Positions 45,503-54,230 are shown, counted from the first letter of the stretch. The stretch is DNA of 64,000 nt from an uncultured Erysipelotrichaceae bacterium (GCA_902777015.1 CACYSA010000013.1:229-64228), one strand, 5' to 3'. The notes: generated from the letters alone by a model not told the origin. A program made the numbers and translations.

Positions 45503-48500
45503 CTATTTACCTCCTTCTTTTCTTTTTTTAAGGATTAGTAATGATGCGCCCATTAAAGCTGGGATAGCAATTGTAAGGCTTAATGTCGCTAAAGCACCAT
45601 TGCAACCTGATTTGGCAGCAGCTGTAGCTTCTGGAATCACCACTGTTTGTGATGGATTTGTTGGAGCTGGTGTGTTAGCAGGACCTGTAGCGGCGAACTT
45701 GGTGAGTCTGACATCACCTTTAATCTTTTCGCTCGCGCCTGTATTAGTATTAACAAAGGATACTTTATTATCAGCGGCTAATGTGAAGTCGTGATTGACG
45801 CTAATGCCTGTGCCTTGGACCATGTCCGCGCCAGCCATAAAGTCATCGAAGTCCTTGAAGTGAACGATACAACCTGTTCTGCCTCTAGCGAAGTCAGTCG
45901 CACCGATGAATAATCTCTTATTGGTTAAGCCTTCAGAGATTTCTTCGATACATTCATCAATGAATTCTTTGGATTCATCAATGTAGTAAAGGCCTTTTTC
46001 AGTGTCGAATTGGAGATCAACACGGTTGTAACCGATAACACCATAGGAGAGTTTCACGTCGTCTAAGTAAATTCTGACACGGTCTTCACCCACTAATTTG
46101 TATTGGGAAACACTCTTCACTACTGGAGCATCAGAGTCAATGTGGATGGTGTAAGAATTACTAACCCATGACTTGTCATAAGCTAATTGATAATTGAATG
46201 TTAATTCGTATTCACCACTAGCGAACTTTTCACCTGTTGATTCATTGAATAATGGAACAATGGCGTAAGCTCTATGGGCAACGTAACCTGCTGATAAGTA
46301 ACCAGCATCAACGTGTGATTTGTATAATGCCCATCTATCAGCGGTATCGCCGAAGAGCATATCTTCTAAAGCGGAGGTGTAAATTGCTTTACCTGTAGCT
46401 TTATCTTTAATTGTGAAATAGTTATCGTTAACAGATCTAAGCATGAATTGTTGGATGATCATTGTGTTGGTGTTTTCACTACCAATGTAGATATCCTTGC
46501 TTGGTTCACTTGTGTATTCGTTATCAAGTGGATCTGTACCAACTTTGTAGAAACCTGTTAATCCATCGAACGCTAAGTCGTTTTCTAAAACTTTATCGAT
46601 ATTGATCTTTTGTGGAGCTTCAGCATAACCGGCAACGATCATGGATTCCATGTTAGCTTTATCTTTACCGACTAAGGATTTAGCGATGTCATTAGCTAAA
46701 TATGATGGATAAACTTTTGTTGGATCTTTTTCAAAGTTGAATGGTTCAGTAACTGGGACAGTTCTATAAGAAGCATCTGGGTTCTTATCTGTACCAGAAT
46801 AGAAACCTAAATATGGGATGGATAAGTCAACACCATTGGCGGCTTTGTCTTTTAATGTGACGAAGCCTTCGATCATACAACCATTTTCATAAACATCTAA
46901 GATTTCTTTCTTTTGTGTTTCTGTTAATGAGTATGGATTGATGGTAATTGTGCTTGTACCTGGGGCAACAGAGACTTGTTGACCTGTAATCTTGGCGATT
47001 TCAACATCTTTAACAGATTGAGCAGTATAACTTGGAAGTGGTTCCCAGAAAACACCAGTTGTCGCGGAGTTATAATAGTAACCTTTCTTAATAACTGTCT
47101 TTCTTGTTTCTTTACCACCAGCGGCAACAGCAGCTTGGTCAGCTTCGTAGTCTTCCTGGCTGGCATAGTATTCGATGTCTTTGTCCGCTTTCATGGCGTC
47201 TTTATAAGCAACTTTACCAGTAGCGGTCATCATCTTTTCAAGATCTTTATCGTAATATTTCATACCACTGAACATTTCGATACTGTCAACAGTACCTTTG
47301 AAGTTATATTCTTTGGTAACGATATCATTTGGTTTAGCAATAGCTGGTCTCATGACTGTTAAAGTAACGTCATAATTCTTTGTTTCTTCACTTTCGTTGT
47401 GGGCTAAGAATGATAATTTGATATCACCTCTAGCGATGTCAGCGTTGTTTCTTAAAGCAATTTTGGCTTTACCGATTGGATTACCAGCAAGGTCTTTACC
47501 TTCTAAATAAACCTTTGTTTTTAAAGCGCCGTTGAGGTCAACCATACCTGCACCTTGAATTCTTGGTGAGGTGACGGAGAATGTTTCAACTTTATCTTCT
47601 GGGTTGGCTGTGTAGTCTTTCATTGGATCAGCAGTTGACATCATTCTCATGTTAACTGTTTCTCTATAAGCATTGATTTGGGCTAGTTCTTCGTTTGTTA
47701 ATTTTCTACCAGCAGCTTTAGCGGCTTGATAAATAGGAGCAGTAACTTCAGAAAGAACAACGGCTTGTGCACCAGCGTTATTTGGAGCGGACATAGATGT
47801 ACCACTTAAGTATTGGTAGCATTTATATTTCATCGCTTCACGTTCTTCTTTTGTTAAGTTTGTCATGGCGTGTTCTGGAACAGCACCTCTAATGTTATCA
47901 CCAGGAGCGGTGATTTCTGGTTTAAGGTCTAAGTCAAATGTAGCACCATCAGTAGAGAATTCACTAATTGTGTATTTGGCTGGGTTATCACTAACTTGTT
48001 TGTTGATGATACCGAATGAACCAGCTTCAGCACTTTCAAAGAACGCTTTATCTTTAAATAAGACAAGGGCACATGGCATTGTTGGGTTGAAACCATCACC
48101 GAAGCTACAACGGAAGTTGAAGCTGGAGGCTGTTGGGTCGTTATTGATAATGACAAGGGCGACAGCACCTTTATCAGCGGCAACAGCATATTTATCAGCG
48201 AACGCTGTACTACCACGGTTAACAACGGCAATTTTGCCTTCAACGTTTAAATTCTTATAATCAGCGGATGTACCAAAACCTGGAACATAAACCCAATCAA
48301 CTGTGCCGGTTGGATTACCTTCACCGTCTTGTGGGAAAACTTCTTTAATACGGAATTCTTTATCGTAGTCATCATCTAAACCTGGTCTATTGACGATTTG
48401 GTCTTCGAAGGCGATGTTCTTATCGCCGGCTACGAAAGCGTTTTCGTAGAAGATTTTGGTTGGGTGGCCAGAAGCAATGGTCATGACAGCAGCGTTATTA

Positions 48501-49708
48501 GCGTAGCTGGACATGATACCTGTTTCGACTGATTCTGGCATCCAGTTAGCATATGCACCTGTTGATGAATATGATGATTTACCAGAGTTACCAGCGGAAA
48601 TAGAAGTTAAGATGGCTGGGATGCCATTTTCTGGATCGCCTTTGGCTAATCTTGTTAATGTTTTTAAAGTGATGGATTCACTATCGAAGTCATCTAAGTC
48701 ACTACCTAATGACATGTTGATACCATCAACTTTTAATTTAATGCAGTCTTCTAAGGCATCCAAGATTGATGTGTCATAAGCACCTGTTCTGTTGCTTAAG
48801 CCAATCTTTTCACCAATACCTTTAGCATCATAGTCTGTGAAGACCTTCATTAACGCTAATTGGGCTTTTGGAGCAATGCCCTTGTAAGTTGGAGCATTAG
48901 CAGCGGTAATTGAGGAAACGTGTGAGCCGTGATATGAGAGGTCACTATGGACATCAAATTGTAATGGGCCACGTTTACCATAGATTTTGGAGTAACCGCC
49001 GTAGTCGTAATAGAATGGAACTTTACTGTTGAGATATAAAGAACCTTCTTGACCGGCTTTTTTAATTTTGTTTCTAGAAGCGACTAAGCCAACTGTACCT
49101 TTGATGTCATCAAATGTGTATCTGACAGCCACATCGCTGGCCAATGGATCAAAGACTTCGTGGTGCCATTCAGGAATGGTAACACCATTGACTTTGGTTT
49201 CGGCTCTAAAATGGAATTCGTTATCGAGAATAGCAACGATTGTACCTTCACCTTCGTTATTGTCTTCAGGCAAATGCATTGTTTCAGCAGAGATATTCTT
49301 GCTTTCATCGACTGCGTCATTAGCATTACCTCCATCGAGTGTAATGTAGGAGTCATTGTTGATTTCTCTTTCCCAGTGGAGTCTATCAACAGTCACGCTT
49401 TTGACGCCAGGAACTGATTTAATGCTCTCAATGTCATTAGAATTTACTTCAAGAACAAATGCGTTATTTAAGACTGTGTAATTTCCAATCATTCTAATGT
49501 TGGATGTTGCGGCTTGTTTAATATTTTCATAAACAGCAGCTTGAGCCTTTTTGGTTTCGTTTGCGTTTAATTTGTTGAGTTTCTTGTTAACTTCAACAAT
49601 GACGCGAGCATCACGTTCTGGTAAATCTTTGAGCTGAGAAGCAATTGCACCACATCCGGCTAAAACCATAGCACCAGTGGCACAGAGTAGTAGTCCCAGT
49701 TTTTTCAT
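45503..49708 (-). CDS. Cell-envelope subtilisin-family (S8) serine protease lipoprotein with a PA domain and a C-terminal TM anchor
   Basis: 1401 aa. Lipobox LAGC. Catalytic Asp (VAILDNEF), His (HGSHVSS), Asn (SAGNSG) and Ser (SGTSMSAPN). PA-domain insert GKIAVVNRGSTAFADKYAVAADKGAVALVIINN. C-terminus SGCNGALATLSLTIAIPALMGASLLILKKRKEGGK. SD AGGAGG. Confidence 0.9.
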   Translation of the reverse strand: MKKLGLLLCATGAMVLAGCGAIASQLKDLPERDARVIVEVNKKLNKLNANETKKAQAAVYENIKQAATSNIRMIGNYTVLNNAFVLEVNSNDIESIKSVPGVKSVTVDRLHWEREINNDSYITLDGGNANDAVDESKNISAETMHLPEDNNEGEGTIVAILDNEFHFRAETKVNGVTIPEWHHEVFDPLASDVAVRYTFDDIKGTVGLVASRNKIKKAGQEGSLYLNSKVPFYYDYGGYSKIYGKRGPLQFDVHSDLSYHGSHVSSITAANAPTYKGIAPKAQLALMKVFTDYDAKGIGEKIGLSNRTGAYDTSILDALEDCIKLKVDGINMSLGSDLDDFDSESITLKTLTRLAKGDPENGIPAILTSISAGNSGKSSYSSTGAYANWMPESVETGIMSSYANNAAVMTIASGHPTKIFYENAFVAGDKNIAFEDQIVNRPGLDDDYDKEFRIKEVFPQDGEGNPTGTVDWVYVPGFGTSADYKNLNVEGKIAVVNRGSTAFADKYAVAADKGAVALVIINNDPTASSFNFRCSFGDGFNPTMPCALVLFKDKAFFESAEAGSFGIINKQVSDNPAKYTISEFSTDGATFDLDLKPEITAPGDNIRGAVPEHAMTNLTKEEREAMKYKCYQYLSGTSMSAPNNAGAQAVVLSEVTAPIYQAAKAAGRKLTNEELAQINAYRETVNMRMMSTADPMKDYTANPEDKVETFSVTSPRIQGAGMVDLNGALKTKVYLEGKDLAGNPIGKAKIALRNNADIARGDIKLSFLAHNESEETKNYDVTLTVMRPAIAKPNDIVTKEYNFKGTVDSIEMFSGMKYYDKDLEKMMTATGKVAYKDAMKADKDIEYYASQEDYEADQAAVAAGGKETRKTVIKKGYYYNSATTGVFWEPLPSYTAQSVKDVEIAKITGQQVSVAPGTSTITINPYSLTETQKKEILDVYENGCMIEGFVTLKDKAANGVDLSIPYLGFYSGTDKNPDASYRTVPVTEPFNFEKDPTKVYPSYLANDIAKSLVGKDKANMESMIVAGYAEAPQKINIDKVLENDLAFDGLTGFYKVGTDPLDNEYTSEPSKDIYIGSENTNTMIIQQFMLRSVNDNYFTIKDKATGKAIYTSALEDMLFGDTADRWALYKSHVDAGYLSAGYVAHRAYAIVPLFNESTGEKFASGEYELTFNYQLAYDKSWVSNSYTIHIDSDAPVVKSVSQYKLVGEDRVRIYLDDVKLSYGVIGYNRVDLQFDTEKGLYYIDESKEFIDECIEEISEGLTNKRLFIGATDFARGRTGCIVHFKDFDDFMAGADMVQGTGISVNHDFTLAADNKVSFVNTNTGASEKIKGDVRLTKFAATGPANTPAPTNPSQTVVIPEATAAAKSGCNGALATLSLTIAIPALMGASLLILKKRKEGGK

Positions 49709-49755
49709 ATTTTACCTCCTTGTTGTGTGCGTACACAAAAAATGTTATGCCTACA

Positions 49756-49783
49756 ATTATACACGCATGAAAAAGTGTGTAAA
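49756..49783 (-). promoter_or_regulatory. Promoter TTTACA-16-TATAAT for the S8/opp gene string
   Basis: Gene strand has TTTACA (49783-49778) and TATAAT (49761-49756). The 5'-UTR contains the inverted repeat TTGTGT-ACGC-ACACAA (49723-49738). Confidence 0.5.
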
Positions 49784-49817
49784 TAGTTTTTTGCGTTACA
49801 CTTCCAAGAAGGGTTTC

Positions 49818-50249
49818 TTATGAAAAAGATGAATATAGTTTGACGTTATAGATAATTTCAAGGACGATTAAAACAATTGTAAGTAATATTCCCGCTAATA
49901 AAATGGCAATAAAATTAAACGAGGAATTATCTCTCTTTTTTATCTTATCAGCACGATAATCCGCAAAGCTTCCATCTCTTCTAGCGTCTTTAGCAAAGAG
50001 CATGCTGCCCACTTGCTTAAAGCCAAAAGAAATAGTATCAAAAGCCCCTAAATGGGCCATCCAGGATAACAAACCAAGCAAAAGGATGATGATTGTTGCA
50101 AAGCCAATTGAGCTCACTGCATCACCAAAAGTTCTATCTCTTAAGAAGAACATCAAGCAGAAAATAAGTGCTGCAATCATCAAAGAAATAACGAATGTAA
50201 CAAGATTCATTATCCAATGCTTTTTAAACTGTTCAAATGCTCTCTTCAT
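49818..50249 (-). CDS. DUF3899-like small membrane protein
   Basis: 3-4 TM helices. The GAFDTISFGF motif resembles DUF3899. The track start 50282 is a TTG; the first ATG is at 50249. Confidence 0.55.
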   Translation of the reverse strand: MKRAFEQFKKHWIMNLVTFVISLMIAALIFCLMFFLRDRTFGDAVSSIGFATIIILLLGLLSWMAHLGAFDTISFGFKQVGSMLFAKDARRDGSFADYRADKIKKRDNSSFNFIAILLAGILLTIVLIVLEIIYNVKLYSSFS

Positions 50250-50308
50250 AATTCGTTTTATAACTCTCAATAAAGTTACCAAATCTCAGATTAGTAAACA
50301 AATATTTT

Positions 50309-50821
50309 TTATTTCTCAATAGCGTAATAGTAGCAGCGATGTTTAGCGTTTCTATACTCCACTACATCCGATTTATCGATCTTTTTCATGCCACATTTTT
50401 GCATCACTCTAGCACTAGCGGGATTGTCTTCAAAATAGCCGGCAATGACACGTTTAAAATCGAGTCGGAATAGTTCTTGAATTGCCGCTTTCAAAGTTTC
50501 AGTTGCGTAGCCTTTATTCCATTCATTTGAATCAATAAAATAGCCAACTTCTATCTCATCATTTTTCATTTCGACATCATTTAAAAAACCTATGATTTTA
50601 TCAGTATAAATTCCATAGACAAAATGGTTCTTATCAAGCGAATAATTCATGAGTTTTTTGAAGAACTTTTCTTCCTCGTTTTCATCGTTAAAATCAGGAA
50701 GCATATATGACTTTTTAACAAGCGGATCTTTAACGATTTTTAGCATGTTGTTTTTGTCTTTTTCTTCAATTGATTTTAGTGTTAAATGTGTGGTCAAAAG
50801 TATATCTTTTTTATTTAGCAT
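50309..50821 (-). CDS. GNAT family N-acetyltransferase (RimJ/RimL-like)
   Basis: GYFIDSNEWNKGYATE...NPASARVMQKCGM. The track start 50836 is a GTG lying inside a TATAAT box. ATG 50821 follows that TATAAT by 6 nt. Confidence 0.75.
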   Translation of the reverse strand: MLNKKDILLTTHLTLKSIEEKDKNNMLKIVKDPLVKKSYMLPDFNDENEEEKFFKKLMNYSLDKNHFVYGIYTDKIIGFLNDVEMKNDEIEVGYFIDSNEWNKGYATETLKAAIQELFRLDFKRVIAGYFEDNPASARVMQKCGMKKIDKSDVVEYRNAKHRCYYYAIEK

Positions 50822-50849
50822 ATTTTCATTATACACTCGCGTGTTTTTA

Positions 50850-50880
50850 TAAAAAAGTTAGAGCGCCCGTACGAGCGCTC
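50850..50880 (-). terminator. Rho-independent terminator after the M13 peptidase gene
   Basis: Gene strand reads GAGCGC-TCGTACGG-GCGCTC followed by TAACTTTTTTAT. Confidence 0.65.
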
Positions 50881-50895
50881 ATATCTTATAAATTA

Positions 50896-53787
50896 TTACC
50901 AGATTTTAATTCTTTGTTCTTCTGGAACATACATCGCATCACCTGGTTCAATGCCATATGTTTCCACGAATTCATCGAATTGAGAAAGAGTAACATTAAC
51001 TCTTAAATAATTGAATGGGTGAGGATCTTGTGCTCTATTTTCAACCTCACCAAGATTAATTGGATGACTTGCCCAGACATAGGCAAATGTTTTAAAGAAT
51101 TTATCATAGTCAAAGTTTTCAACTTTCTTCGCCAATTGAAGAGCGATTTTCATACCACCCATATCAGCGGTCGCTTCACCATCAACAACGTCGCCATTGA
51201 CGTTATAATTGTGCTTCAGTTCGATTTTATTATAGAAAGATATTAATTTGTTAACTTTAGTGTTGAAAACAGACTTATCTTCCGCGGTCCACCACTCGTT
51301 TTGGTTACCACTTTCATCAAATTGAGAGCCGGTTGAGTCAAAGGCGTGAGTAATTTCGTGGCCAATAACCATCGCTAGCATACCATATTTTTCTTCAACG
51401 CTACTGCCAAGGAAGCCTGATACTAAACCATTTAAAATGACAAATGCATTATCGGTAGGCGAATAGAAAGCGTTAACCACGTAGCAGCGCATTGAATCAA
51501 ACATCGCTAATTCTTCACTGCTTGCAAGAAACATTGTGTCGACATCTTTATCTAAATATGATTTATAAATATCGAATAGATTTTGAGGAGCAAGGCCTTC
51601 GCCTATGATCTTGCCAAATTTCGTATAGTAATCTGGGAAGCAAGAGACATATGACATCTTTTCTAATTTTCTTTTCATCTTGTACTTTGTCATAGCACTA
51701 AGCCAAGAATTATCCGCTAATGTTTTGTATGCATCTAAAACATCTTCAATTAATGCAGCAACTTCTGCCTTAATTTCTTCAGAACTGATAGTTTCAACAT
51801 ACGCTTGTTCAAATATGGTTGAGAAACATGTTTTAAGCATACCTTTTGCGATAGTGTCATCGTCATACCAATATAGGTTCGCTTCTTGGCTATAATAATC
51901 TGCCATCTGTGAAATGTATTGGTTAATGGTTTTATACTTATCAATACCCACTAAGAAACGCATATCATAAGCTAAGCGAGTAACAACCATATCCTTAAGA
52001 TATTGATCTGAATTATTGAACATCATATTCAAACCATTAAGGTATATCTTATTGAATGAAATTCTTGTAGTAGGAGCCATGCCTAAATCAGTCAATGCAG
52101 ATTTAACTTCAGCCCATGGCAATTGACTTAGTCTATATGTTGTTGTACCTTGAATACCACTATAGGCATCTGAATAAATCTTATAAAATATTTGATATTC
52201 CCGATCCTTAATTGAAGAAATATCGCTATTGCTATAACCGAGATTAAAGTAACTTGATAATTTAGTAAGAATGTTTGCAGCGCTAGAAGCTGTATTGCCA
52301 AATAGCCATGCAAATTGAAGCGTAGAATAGGCTCCATTAAAATATCCATCGTTAAGAGTAAGTTTATAACCATCATCAGTTGGAGAAAGCTTTAATAACG
52401 AACTCTTAGAAGCAAAAATAGCTTTGGAATTAAGATATGTTTCTGCATCAAAATTTTGGAAATATGATGTCACAGCATCAATAGCACCGTTTTTGAAATA
52501 ACCAAGGGCATCTCTTAACGCATCACCGTTAGTGGTTTCATTAACAACATCACCACTATAAATGGCATCAAATACAGAGTCTGCGATATCGCTACATTCA
52601 TCGAAAGCGCCACCACCGTTATCTCTAATTCTTTCGTAGTTAATTGATGTATAGAAGTCATCCTTCAAAGATGGCTTTTTGATTTTATTGATTTCACTAA
52701 CAATATTTGCGTTAATCCAAGGAGCACCATTGATGTCACTTAATGTATATCCTGTTCTAGTTTCATATTGGACAGGGGTGAAAACAAATGTACCTGTCGC
52801 ATTATATTCGGCGGTATATGTGACATTTTCGGTCACTTTTTTAATTTCTGGTGACCAACCCTTGAAAGTAAATTCGGCATTAGGTTTATTATTTCTTACT
52901 GGTTCTTGTCCATCATATGTTGGAACAGTGCCATATAGAACTTCTTTATCAACTTCTAAAACAGAACCATCATAATTAACCCAAGTGACAATATATTTTC
53001 TAACTTCGCTATTATATGAAGCTGTGTATTCAGCATCACCGGTCACAGATGTAACACTTGGTGACCATTTATCAAAGACATATGAAAATTCAGCGGTGCT
53101 TTCTTTAACTGGGACTTCATCTCCATAGTTTGGAACAGCGCCATATGGGACTTCATCTTCTTTTAAAACAGTACCGTCATCATCTTTCCATGTGACTTTA
53201 TATTTTCTTAATTCTTGCTTAAAAGAAGCGACATATGTTGTATTTCCGGTAATTGGACCTTCGTTAGGAGACCATTTATCGAATGTGTAATCGTATTCAG
53301 CAGTACTAGCCTTGGTTGGTGTTTCTCCATCGTATGTAGGAGTGGTTCCATAGAAGACATCTTCACTCTTTAACACACTACCGTCTTCGTTCTTCCAGGT
53401 AACTGTGTACTTATTTGTTTCGGTTTTAAATGTGGCGACATATTCAGCGTTGCCAGTAACTGGTTTCACTTCTGGAGTCCAACCAGTCCAAATATATGTG
53501 AACTGTGCATCACTTGTTCGGCTTGGGGTTAATCCATCGTATGTAGGAGTCGTATCTTTTTGAACATTTTCGTCAGTCTCTAAAACCTTGCCATCATAGT
53601 TTTTCCATGTAATGGTATAGGTTACTGGTTTTGGTGTTTCAGAACTACTGCTAAAAACACTACTTGGAGCAGCGCTTGATTGATCACTAGATTGACTTAA
53701 TGATTCGCTACTTGTTTTAACATTGCAGCTGGTTAATAGGATAGATAATGTCCCGATAACCGCTAGTAAATTAATAGACTTTTTCAT
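50896..53787 (-). CDS. M13 (neprilysin/PepO-like) zinc metallopeptidase lipoprotein with four N-terminal ~69-aa repeats
   Basis: 963 aa. Lipobox LTSC. Motifs VIGHEITHAFD (HExxH), NEWW, GEATADMGG (ENIAD-like) and a C-terminal ...IKIW. Confidence 0.85.
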   Translation of the reverse strand: MKKSINLLAVIGTLSILLTSCNVKTSSESLSQSSDQSSAAPSSVFSSSSETPKPVTYTITWKNYDGKVLETDENVQKDTTPTYDGLTPSRTSDAQFTYIWTGWTPEVKPVTGNAEYVATFKTETNKYTVTWKNEDGSVLKSEDVFYGTTPTYDGETPTKASTAEYDYTFDKWSPNEGPITGNTTYVASFKQELRKYKVTWKDDDGTVLKEDEVPYGAVPNYGDEVPVKESTAEFSYVFDKWSPSVTSVTGDAEYTASYNSEVRKYIVTWVNYDGSVLEVDKEVLYGTVPTYDGQEPVRNNKPNAEFTFKGWSPEIKKVTENVTYTAEYNATGTFVFTPVQYETRTGYTLSDINGAPWINANIVSEINKIKKPSLKDDFYTSINYERIRDNGGGAFDECSDIADSVFDAIYSGDVVNETTNGDALRDALGYFKNGAIDAVTSYFQNFDAETYLNSKAIFASKSSLLKLSPTDDGYKLTLNDGYFNGAYSTLQFAWLFGNTASSAANILTKLSSYFNLGYSNSDISSIKDREYQIFYKIYSDAYSGIQGTTTYRLSQLPWAEVKSALTDLGMAPTTRISFNKIYLNGLNMMFNNSDQYLKDMVVTRLAYDMRFLVGIDKYKTINQYISQMADYYSQEANLYWYDDDTIAKGMLKTCFSTIFEQAYVETISSEEIKAEVAALIEDVLDAYKTLADNSWLSAMTKYKMKRKLEKMSYVSCFPDYYTKFGKIIGEGLAPQNLFDIYKSYLDKDVDTMFLASSEELAMFDSMRCYVVNAFYSPTDNAFVILNGLVSGFLGSSVEEKYGMLAMVIGHEITHAFDSTGSQFDESGNQNEWWTAEDKSVFNTKVNKLISFYNKIELKHNYNVNGDVVDGEATADMGGMKIALQLAKKVENFDYDKFFKTFAYVWASHPINLGEVENRAQDPHPFNYLRVNVTLSQFDEFVETYGIEPGDAMYVPEEQRIKIW
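52798..53622 (-). repeat. Four tandem ~69-aa repeats (InlB-B-repeat / Listeria-Bacteroides-repeat-like)
   Basis: Consensus Y-x-V-T-W-K-N-x-D-G-x-V-L...Y-G-x-x-P-T-Y-D-G-x-x-P-x-K...F-x-Y-x-F-D-K-W-S-P...T-G-x-x-x-Y-x-A-x-F, seen four times. Confidence 0.7.
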
Positions 53788-53821
53788 ACTCGGCCCTAGC
53801 CTTTATTTCATTTGTTAATAA

Positions 53822-53849
53822 ATAATACACGAGTGTGAGAGCATTGCAA
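53822..53849 (-). promoter_or_regulatory. Promoter TTGCAA-16-TATTAT for the M13 peptidase gene
   Basis: Gene strand has TTGCAA (53849-53844) and TATTAT (53827-53822), about 35 nt upstream of ATG 53787. Confidence 0.5.
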
Positions 53850-54008
53850 GAAATAAACACATTATTATTTTCAAAAAAGTACAACAAAAAGAATTTGTAT
53901 TTATCTTTCATTACAGTTGATTGTTATCTACTACTGTTTCTGAGTAAATTGTATGGTAAATCGGAATAGATTTCGGAATAGTCTTTTACGTTTTTTTAAA
54001 AATAATAG

Positions 54009-54037
54009 TTGAATATTTGATTTAATATCAATATAAT
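54009..54037 (+). promoter_or_regulatory. Orphan near-consensus promoter TTGAAT-17-TATAAT
   Basis: TTGAAT at 54009-54014, 17-nt spacer, TATAAT at 54032-54037. No ORF starts within 330 nt downstream. Confidence 0.45.
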
Positions 54038-54206
54038 CATTTTTCTGGCTGTAAGAAAGGCACTCCATTTTATGGAATAGGCAATTAAAAATTACGGTCC
54101 GAGATTTTTGGTATACAGATTCCAAATTTTGTAACATTCTAGATTTGACTCATTTTTCTTCTCAAATCACACGTGAGTCACATCTTAAGAATAGATTTAT
54201 CACACC

Positions 54207-54230
54207 ATTCACCACTTGTGGTGAATTTTT
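54207..54230 (+). terminator. Intrinsic-terminator-like hairpin with no upstream CDS (end of a candidate sRNA, or a leader attenuator)
   Basis: ATTCACCAC-TT-GTGGTGAAT followed by TTTTT. It lies 147 nt upstream of ATG 54377. Confidence 0.5.

Noticed and set aside
45408-45794. 128-aa + strand ORF spanning the junction between the S8 and OppA-like genes
   Set aside because: It is antisense to two strongly supported genes and their SD, and it crosses their boundary. It is an artefact.
53931-54137. 68-aa minus-strand ORF in the long M13/collagen-like intergenic region
   Set aside because: It has no SD, its K/F/L/N-rich composition is typical of random AT-rich sequence, and it has no motif. The region is better explained as regulatory or ncRNA (see the finding at 54009-54230). 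A minus-oriented promoter-like TATAAA near 54245 keeps a small residual doubt.
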